64,000 nt of DNA. Origin: Anthoceros angustus (Eukaryota > Plantae > Anthocerotophyta). The notes under the pieces were generated by a model that was not told the DNA's origin, did no database searches, and saw only the letters and a program-made list of their open reading frames with translations. Positions 55,509 through 64,000 of the stretch are shown here, in pieces. The first letter of the stretch is position 1, and each line of letters begins with the position of its first letter. The stretch covers positions 124,001 through 188,000 of the forward strand of contig VJWM01000178.1 of assembly GCA_010909165.1 (NCBI GenBank), given 5' to 3'. Both the position numbers and the translations under genes were made by a program.

Positions 55509-57015
55509 CTTTCCAGGTGAGAGACGCTGAGGCCGAAGATACCACCTTGCCCGGCACCGGATCCCAGATACGTAGACAAAACGGAGGCCGAGATGCCACC
55601 ACCGAGAAGCCCGAGTCTCCCTCTCCGCAATGCGGAGCTTGGGGATGCGAAATTGACACACCACACCAGCACCCGGAGCAGACGATTGAGCGCTCGGGGT
55701 GGGGCTTCACGTGCAATCAAGCCCGCAGGCAGTGCGCCTCGGCATTCTGCGCAGACCCCGGTGGCTGGACTTGCGCGACAGGCCACGGAAGAAGCGGCGA
55801 ACAAGCCGCATGTGCGCGCAGGCAGCCAGCCATGGCTGCTTCCTCCCGCATATGCGTGACGACCCCCCTTGTTCGTCCCTTCTCCGCTTGTTTCTAGTAA
55901 GAAGCGTTTCTACCCGCCGCAGGATAAGGTGGCGTGTTAACTCTGCCTGCGAATGTATGTATGTGCAGACTGCTAGCAGGCCCTTACTTTATGATGGTTT
56001 CACTCCCCTGTTGGATCCTGCGCACACGACACAAGGGACACAAGACCTACTCACGACACGACACGACACAAGGGACAGCAGAGGAAGAATTCTATTATAA
56101 CCTATTGAAGGCCTACCCTCTCGGACACTCCTCCACCGCTCGCGCTTCCTCATTTGCCCTCCAGGCCCTTCAAAAGCCCTTACCTAACTTCAAACCACGT
56201 CTTCTTGTATCACAACACAAAAAAATTACCTCTCTCCTCCACTAATGTGTCCTATTGAAAGTTCCTTTTGAAATATTTTTCCAATGAAAATTTGTAAAAA
56301 CTTATTTTAAGATCTTAAGAGGTCCAAAAATATATAATAAAATTCCAAATAAATTAAAACAAGGTTCCTCTCAGGATTCCGCTTCGAACGAGGTATCGTA
56401 TGCAGGAAACCACCCACATCTGAGGTTGCTGAGCCAATCTGCACCAAACCGATCGACCATGGACATCCTCGTTTCTTTCCTTGGATGGTGACTTTGGCGA
56501 TCAGAAACAGCATAAGCCAATTTTCATATGTAGCCAAGGCACAAGCAAGTACACATAACACAAAACATCGGTGAGTAGACCAAAAAACCTTCCATTGCTG
56601 CGATCGAAACGCTAGAGTCTAACACAAAACTGGTGGGATATCACAACTTTAGGCTAGCACTCTGGGGATGACGCGTCCACGTGCCGCCGCTCCATTGCAC
56701 AACCACCGTCCCTTGGTTGACGTCCGCGCACCACATGGCCTCCCTACAATATTGGGGCCGTTACGCAACAATGCGAGCTCGGTATCTCAGCCAATATAGA
56801 CTTAGGGATCTGGGATCTTCACTGCAGTGAGGTAGCTATACCCTGTTTGGCGCAAGGTCATTGCGGAGGAAACGAGACATCCCCCTTTCAGATGGTTGTC
56901 AATTTTTAGCTCCACCAAGAAGCAGATACGCATTCTCTCCTCGATTCAAATATGCATCCGATGTCCAATTTTTTTGTGCTTTGAATAGGAGGAGGGAGAG
57001 GGCCATGCTACACGA

Positions 57016-57030
57016 CACTACTAAAAAACC
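57016..57030 (+). mobile_element. Possible CACTA transposon terminus
   Basis: CACTACTAAAAAACC. No partner end was found in the window. Confidence 0.35.
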
Positions 57031-57470
57031 CAATTTTATGCACCAAGAATTGCGGGCAAGAACTTAAGTGGTGTGCAAACGACCCATTTGAGTCGTTCCA
57101 TCATTCATGGGTTAAAGCTACATGTAAGCACAAGCTTTCAATCCTCACTGTGGTGTGAAAGCTTGGAGCATAGAAAACTATTATAATGTGAAAGCATCAC
57201 AAATGTGATACTATCAAACACAAAGTTAGGAGTTCATTCAGATTACCATAATTTATTTATGAAAATTCTATGACTTATATTTTTATTTACAAGACAAAAA
57301 TTGAAATGAGCATACACGCTTTTTTTTTTAAGATTTCATTTGAACCATAGTTCACTACATGCATCTTCACATAATCACGAAATCACCACATCCATTTGTA
57401 GTATCATGTGTACCATACTGTCATTAAGATTAAAATGTAAGGATAATCAATCGTTTCTTCCAAAGTAGAT

Positions 57471-59950
57471 TCAATAACTATTGCTCCCTTTTCTTCCATG
57501 TGCAATTAATAGCCAAAGTAATAGTATAGGATCCCACTTGTATGCGCCCTTGTCATCTAGGAACTGAGGTATGGCGCGTGTTGGAGGGTGCTGCACCAGG
57601 TTGCAACACTTGCACACCTTGGGTGGCACTACCTCAAGGACAACAACTTTGGACGGTTGCTTCATATGCAGCTCATAATGTTGTGCATATGTAAGAGGAA
57701 ATCGACCCACCTTCGATCCGAGCCTACATGCAGCGGTGCACTTACTTCTCCTCAGGCTGTGCCTCCTCCTCTTTGGCTGGCGTCACTTGCAGCTGCAGGC
57801 GCTCTGGTGCAGGTTGGGGCATCTTCCCCCAAGCTCATTGCTTCTCGCCTCCCACGCTCAAAGGCTGCAGTCGGCCTCCATATCCTCTTCAGCTGCCTAG
57901 GTCTCCCCCTCCTGCGCTTGGGGTTTTCAGGCACAACTGCTGCTGCACCTTCCTCGCTAATTGGCGCTCGGGCTTCTATGGTGCACCTCCGCTTCCGCAC
58001 ATGGCTGGCCAACCGGGCCATCCAGCTCAGCAAGACTCTCCACACAGTCTGTAGAAGAGCAAACACTTGCTCTGTGACGGTCGAGCTCCCCAGCTGAGGA
58101 AGACTCCTCCAGCTGCGCTGCAGCTGATCCTCTGGATTCGTGTTCTCTTCCACACTGCTTGCCCTGGTGTCACGGAATTCCACAGAGAAATTGGGCAACT
58201 GCTGTAGCCACAAACTGGTAAGCGATACCTGTGAAGAGCACTCTCCGAGAATAGCAGCCTCCTCATGAGCTGCCTCCATAGCGCTCGTAGCCTTGGCAAC
58301 AAGGAGTTCTGCTGTCAAGATATGCTCCACACGAATTCTCCTCTTTTGCAAGTTACGCTTGTCATTCCTGCTCCAATTTGGATTCACGTCTGTTGGCCTG
58401 CAGCTGCTTAGCTCATTAAGAACCGCTCTGTATAGAGTCGAGCCGCCACCTTCCTTTGTGTGTTAAGTAGGAGGCGAGCTTTGACAATAAGGCCCCATTG
58501 GGCCAGATTTTTCCCGGCGCAATCACAACTCCATCGCGGCATGGGCGGACCGGAGTGGGTCCGGTCCGATGAGCATCGTGAAAGGCAAGTCCGACAGAAC
58601 TGGGAGTAACCAATAGAAGGACGGACACATGGCCAATGTAAGGTCGGCTGGACATGTAGGCGGGTGCCGAGCGTAAAAAGCTAACAGAAGCCGTTAGGCC
58701 TGATAGGGGCGCCAGTAGGAGCTCACGACCCGGGGATGCGGACTAGAATGTCGGAAGGAGACCGAAATAAGCGAAGTGCGGGATGCGAGCCAGCGAGGTC
58801 ACGAGGACGGCGTGCTCTCAAGCGACCCTTACGCCCGGTTGGCTACACAAGGAGGGGAGGCTGCCGCTCAATTCTCACGTCGGTTCCGTTTTCGTGCGCG
58901 CTAGCTCTCCGTCTTCTTACCCTCTGGCGCTCCTTCCTCAAGCGAGCTGACTCCTTTACGTTTGTGTGACCGAGCATCTGGAGGCGCTTCCGGTCCTATG
59001 TCGCGCAATGGCCACATAGCTGCATGCTAGCCAGTCTAACCTGCAGGATCACTCAACTACAGCAAGCAAAAATCAGTCCTTGGCCTTCGGCCAAAAGAAC
59101 TACAAAGTTCCTGGCCTATGGCCAAGGAACAAGGCGAAGGAGGCATAGTAGCCCCGTGGCAGCACCCCCAGGGGTGAAGACCCACAGCTTTTCCACATCA
59201 AAACTGTTAGCTACAATCCAGCAGCTAAAACACAGCTTACCAAAGACCAAACTTCCTCTTCTACAATCGCTCTGCAGGTATGAGGCTAGGTGGAGGATCT
59301 GTGTCATGCTCTAAGTCCTCATCATCCGGCTCCTCTGCAGGTTCTTGCTTGATCTCCGCAGGCTTGACTCCAAGTGCAGCAAATCTATCAAAAATTGGAC
59401 TCTGTCGCTGCATCCAGTCCTCCTGTTCTGGGTAATCAAAGATAGGCTTGGGGCAATGAAGCACCATGTGTGGTGCTGCGAGCTTTCGCAGCAGCCGAAA
59501 TGCCTTCCTGTCCGCTGAATCCCACGCTGTTTGCTCAGGGTAGGGAATCTTGAGCTTATCTGTGACACGATAGAACCGTCTGGGCCATCCCATAACAGTG
59601 TGGTCCGTCTTGAGATGATGGAAAAAAGTAGCCAATCTTTCAAGTAAACTAACCTTTCTGGCACCCTGTCTTCCCACAGAATCAGCTCCTTGGGCAGCCT
59701 CAAACCATCGAATACTTTGTGCATGAAAAAGTGATGTTGCAACTTGCGCCAAGCAACTTCAAATCCATCTCCAGGGCATGGCCTGGAGTCCTCTTATTTG
59801 CAACTCAAACAGATCACGGTGATATGTGGGGTAGAACTCCACTCGACACAACTCATGATGTGTCTCCACGTACAGAAGGAATTCACCAAGCTCCCTGAAG
59901 TTCACTGGAGGGATTGCCCTCTCAGGCTATAGCACGCTAATAAGACTTGA
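57471..59950 (-). pseudogene. Degenerate unclassified TE-like ORF(s) with an AT-hook-like motif and acidic/coiled-coil segments
   Basis: ORFs 59261-59752 (FFHHLK..GWPRRFYRV) and 57752-58387 (KRRRGRPRQ). A premature TGA lies just upstream of 59752. Confidence 0.35.
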
Positions 59951-59989
59951 ATGTTGTGTGGCTAGAACACATATTGGTATAGGCCATAT

Positions 59990-62700
59990 AGATCAAGAGT
60001 TAAGCCAAGAGCTTGAGCTCGAGAATCCATGCATGATGTACGCCACGTCCTATCCCGCCACAGCCTAGATGCGCTTGGGATGAGAGCAAAAGCTCTTGAA
60101 CCATAAACTTGAAGATAAAAAAACTACGGTTCAGTTTCCATGCAACTTCACAAGGAATCATGGAAGAAACGAGACTAGTGAATAAACTGTTCAGGATGTA
60201 GGTGGCAGCGACGATAGCCTCTACCCAATAGTCCTGAGATAATCCTGCTTAAAGAAACATGTTGTCGGTTGAAGCATTAGGATGAACCTCCTAGCATCAA
60301 ACATTATAAGGACTACTAGCTTGTAGAGGGTTTAGGCATGTGTGAATTCTTTTGGAGGCTCAATCTAATATTTCTGCTTGACGAATGATTGCTCTAGATA
60401 TACCTTGACATATTTAATGCAAGATGTAGCACCTTCTAAACCACTTAGAATAGGGGGCGTTGAATGCAAAAATCGTTATTTGAATCTACTGACTTTAGAA
60501 AGTCATGTGCAAAGGTTGTTCACTCAAAATCTATGATTGTACACCTTAAGTCACAATCATTTATGGAAAGAAGCGTTCTTCACAATCATTTATGGAAAGA
60601 AGCGTTCTTCACAATCATTTATGGAAAGAAGCGTTCTTCACAATCATTTATGGAAAGAAGCGTTCTTCACAATCATTTATGGAAAGAAGCGTTCTTCAAT
60701 GATAAACATAATAAGTGAAAGACTAGAATAGACTATGAGTTCAACTCTGTAATAAAGAATAGAATCTAAAAACTTGTTGATCTTCTGCCATGTCGAAAGC
60801 CAACCTTTTGCAAATCAGTCTTAAAATTGAACTTAATATGCTAAAGGCAAGATTGCACGAGAACTAGGAATTTCATAAAATTTTCCTATACTACAAGCTT
60901 TCACAGCAAAGTGTGACTGAAAGCATACAATACTTAACCTAACTTTGAGGATAGGACACATTCCAAAGGTAGTAGTGGAGGAGAGGCGGTGGTTTTTCGT
61001 GATGAAAAGAAGTGTGGTTTTCACTCTGGGTAATAGATTTATCTGTATATAGCTTACCCCTTTAAGAGGATACGGCGAATAAGAAAACGACCTTTCTCCT
61101 TCAATTCGAATGCAAAGACTGGTCCAGAGGAACCAAACTCGACATTGTTGGTAAGGATGGATTCTGTTGTAGACTTAAGTTTGGAAAACGCTGCATTATT
61201 CAATGCTTAACGAGTGAGCTAGAGCTATGGCTCCGTAGAAGATCAGCAATCTTACTTTTGTCTTGTTCTATCTCGTTAGTTCTAACTTCTCACAGGAGGA
61301 ATTTGTTTGTTTAGCACGAAAGGCGACATCTTCAACATTTTTCCTAATTAGTTCTTGGTTCGAGAAGTTGAGTGACAGTGTTTTCTCCTCTCTCGTGACT
61401 ATAGTTGCGAGAGAAAAATGTTAGTCGTGCTCTTAATGTTGCTGCTTTCAAGAAGAGATGAGTTCTAATTCTTGTCGATGTGTTGTAGGTTTGGAGGTTG
61501 CCAAGGGATAGGAGTTGGGCATGTCTAGACACTTGTAAAATACTTCAGGGTTTTGCCTCATCTGTTTATAGCGGGCTCAATTTAGGGAATCAACTTCACG
61601 AATCTAATCTGGATGCTATGAAGGTGTCTAATGACAATGACCAGAGTATTTGTCTCAGCCAGAAATAAGAGTAATCTTGTTCACAAGTCAACAACAGTGT
61701 CGTGAGATAAGAATCGGTGAGAAGGACATCCTCCTTGACGGCCATGAGTTTTTCTTTGATCACCGCCTCTACTAGGAATACCCGATCTCGACGTTGTTCA
61801 AGAAATTGAGTAGAGAACATGCACCATGGCTCTGATACCGTATTAAAAGTGCGCGGAGCACATATCACACGGGAGCGAGAGCCTGGAAAGATAGGCACGA
61901 GCCAAATCTATACAACATATGCGTAATCAACTTTAGCACGAGTAGATTAAATGTAGTCGTAACAACATAGTTGAGTGATTTCCTTGTCGCATACCCTCCA
62001 TGGCTCTCGTTTTCCTCAACTGAAAGACTTGGAGAAAAAGAGAACCAAGAGGAAGTATGTTAAGTAAAACGATCAACAAACATTGTAAAATGATTCCCTT
62101 TGTCGGGGTCCTCGGTGATATTTTCTTTGTTCTCGGAAAAACGAAGAACCAAGAGAGTACTACAAGGAAATCAATCAACACGCATGGTTAAATGATTTCT
62201 TTGTAGGGTTCCTCAATGGTTCTCTTTGTTCTCATAGAAGAAAAAGAACTAGGAGGGAGAATGGTTTTCTGCAAGGGAGAACGTAAAAAAAATCAATCTA
62301 CCTACAAGGATCCGTCCAAACCACAAGGCATGAAGCAATTCCCTTTACACAATCAAGTGTCACAATGTCATTACTAAGATAAGAAATTTACCATTATCAA
62401 CCCCCAAAGGGTTTTTCTAATAAGTCTCTCCATATTTATATAGGCACATATATATACATATATATATAGGTAAAGCCAAATTTCAGAGATCTCCAAATCT
62501 ACCTACTGCCCTTTTTCATTTTCATTTGATATTTTGTTCTATTATGTTAAAAAATAAAATTAATCTTAAGATTTTACTACAAATAAATCTACATAGCTTT
62601 CAAGTGCTAGGCCATGCATAAGCACCTAGACCTCATTTTGATCAAGTATCCTTAAAATAAAATGCTGTATTCCTTGTTTTCCTATTACTACTCACGGTTT
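59990..62700 (-). mobile_element. Degenerate Ty1/copia remnant (LTR-like region, PBS, integrase pieces)
   Basis: Met-tRNA PBS-like ggtatcagagc (plus 61829-61839), TATA-like cctatataaa (62435-62444), and integrase AGLSQDYWVEAIVAATYILN..YGSRAFALIP (60080-60249). Confidence 0.6.
60552..60696. repeat. 29-bp perfect tandem repeat, 5 copies
   Basis: cacaatcatttatggaaagaagcgttctt x5. Confidence 0.97.
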
Positions 62701-63719
62701 AAAGCTTCTCCTTGTCCTTTTTTGTGTGACTAAATGAGCTTGGCAACCTTGGAAACACTTAGACCTTTGGAGATAATGCTCGCATCTTGGTTGTGAAACT
62801 AAATGATAATATATATATGTACATAATTAGTTGGAATGATGATTTAAATGACATTGTTATTAAATAAAATAAGCAAAGCAATTTGTAGATGATAGAAAAA
62901 TGAAGGAAGAAGGCAAAGGGAAGAGACAAGAATTCACGAGGAGAGCTGTACTCCCGTATGACGAGGTACGCAGCCGGTTGCGCACGTGGTCTATCACGAG
63001 GAGCACGGATGGACGGCAGGCCCAGGGTCTTGTGCGCCAGGGCGTGTTTGGTGTGCCACCGCCAGAGCCCTTCGACGCAGGTCGATCACCGTCGTCTTGC
63101 GACGGTGAGCGAGTTCCAGGAAACCATGAGCAAGAAGGCGGCGAGAATCATTCCACCTTCCAATGGCTGATATGGGGGCCGCAATACCGGGCTCCCGAGG
63201 TACCCTCTTGTCCCCGCGCTCCATCTGTTGTCTGTCACGTGGACGGTCCCGGTTTCATTCCGTCAGACGGACCAAGTAATCGGTGGCTGCGCTTCGGAAA
63301 GCAAAGCGAAGCTTATGACTAATATTGAAGTGCATATATAAACACTTCTCCATAAACAAACAAGAATACCTACAGAACAAGTTTGGATCCGAGAAAAATA
63401 AGAATAATAAATAGTAGTACTATAAGTAGCAGAAAAACCATTTGGATTCGTAATCGAACTCAAACCAGCAATAAGGGACAATCCACTGTCCAACACACAG
63501 AAACTTCTCTCTCCATCAATGACATAGGATGGGAAGAGTGAATTTCAATTCGATACAATGAAGCAGCAAATGAGCAGAGCCTCCTGGCATCATTCATGCC
63601 AGGAACGGACGAGAGAAAGCCAAAGAGAAAAATGCAGAATCCCTGAACACCTGTAAGTCGGACAGAGTTCGCAACCTCGGGTGAGAAGACAAATGAGGCA
63701 AACCGAATCCATGCTCCAG

Positions 63720-64000
63720 CTATGAAGCTGCCGAGGAAATCCCCTCGCACGCAGGCACATCGTTGAAGTTGGACTTAGGGAACGTCTTCGAAGTGAAGCC
63801 GCTCTTGAGGACAAGGTCCTGGTTTTTGACCTCAATCCCTGTGATGGACCACCACATCTTGAATGCCTTGGCCTGGATACCAGCCAAATTTTTCAAGCTC
63901 CCTTCCCGCATTACTCCAGTGATCTCGTTAGCGTAGTAGACAGGTATGTTCCCATCCGTGATGGAAAACGAGCACTTATCCTGCAAATAGACAGTGAACT
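63720..64000 (-). CDS. DUF538 family protein, 3' part (runs off the window)
   Basis: CSF..VYYANEITG..GSLKNLAGIQAK.F.MWWSITGIEV..L..SGFTSKTFPKSNFNDVPAC. Confidence 0.85.
   Translation of the reverse strand, partial: FTVYLQDKCSFSITDGNIPVYYANEITGVMREGSLKNLAGIQAKAFKMWWSITGIEVKNQDLVLKSGFTSKTFPKSNFNDVPACEGISSAAS

Noticed and set aside
62900-63322. 140-aa plus-strand ORF
   Set aside because: No recognisable family. It may be a decayed fragment or a chance GC-rich ORF.

Overview
Nuclear DNA from a land plant with a compact genome: short GT-AG introns, PLS-type PPR remnants, and root-cap and DUF538 family genes. A non-seed plant such as a hornwort is an inference, not proven. The left 17 kb and right 7 kb are repeat/TE-rich. 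The middle holds mostly minus-strand intron-containing genes: DRP3 dynamin, plant cysteine oxidase, Rab3GAP catalytic subunit with an embedded BSD domain, epoxide hydrolase, THG1, a PAS+receiver protein, SAC8 phosphatase and DUF538, plus a plus-strand root-cap protein. Pseudogenes (LRR, PPR, CDC48), a LINE fragment, a broken Ty3/gypsy cluster, a Ty1/copia remnant and a MITE are also present. Near-identical tandem duplicates differ mostly by single-base homopolymer indels, so many frameshifts here may be long-read errors. The standout is a bacterial-type beta-class N4-cytosine/N6-adenine DNA methyltransferase domain (about 9.1-10.2 kb, minus) bounded by spliceosomal signals, next to the gypsy cluster. 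Exon boundaries were read by eye and are approximate.
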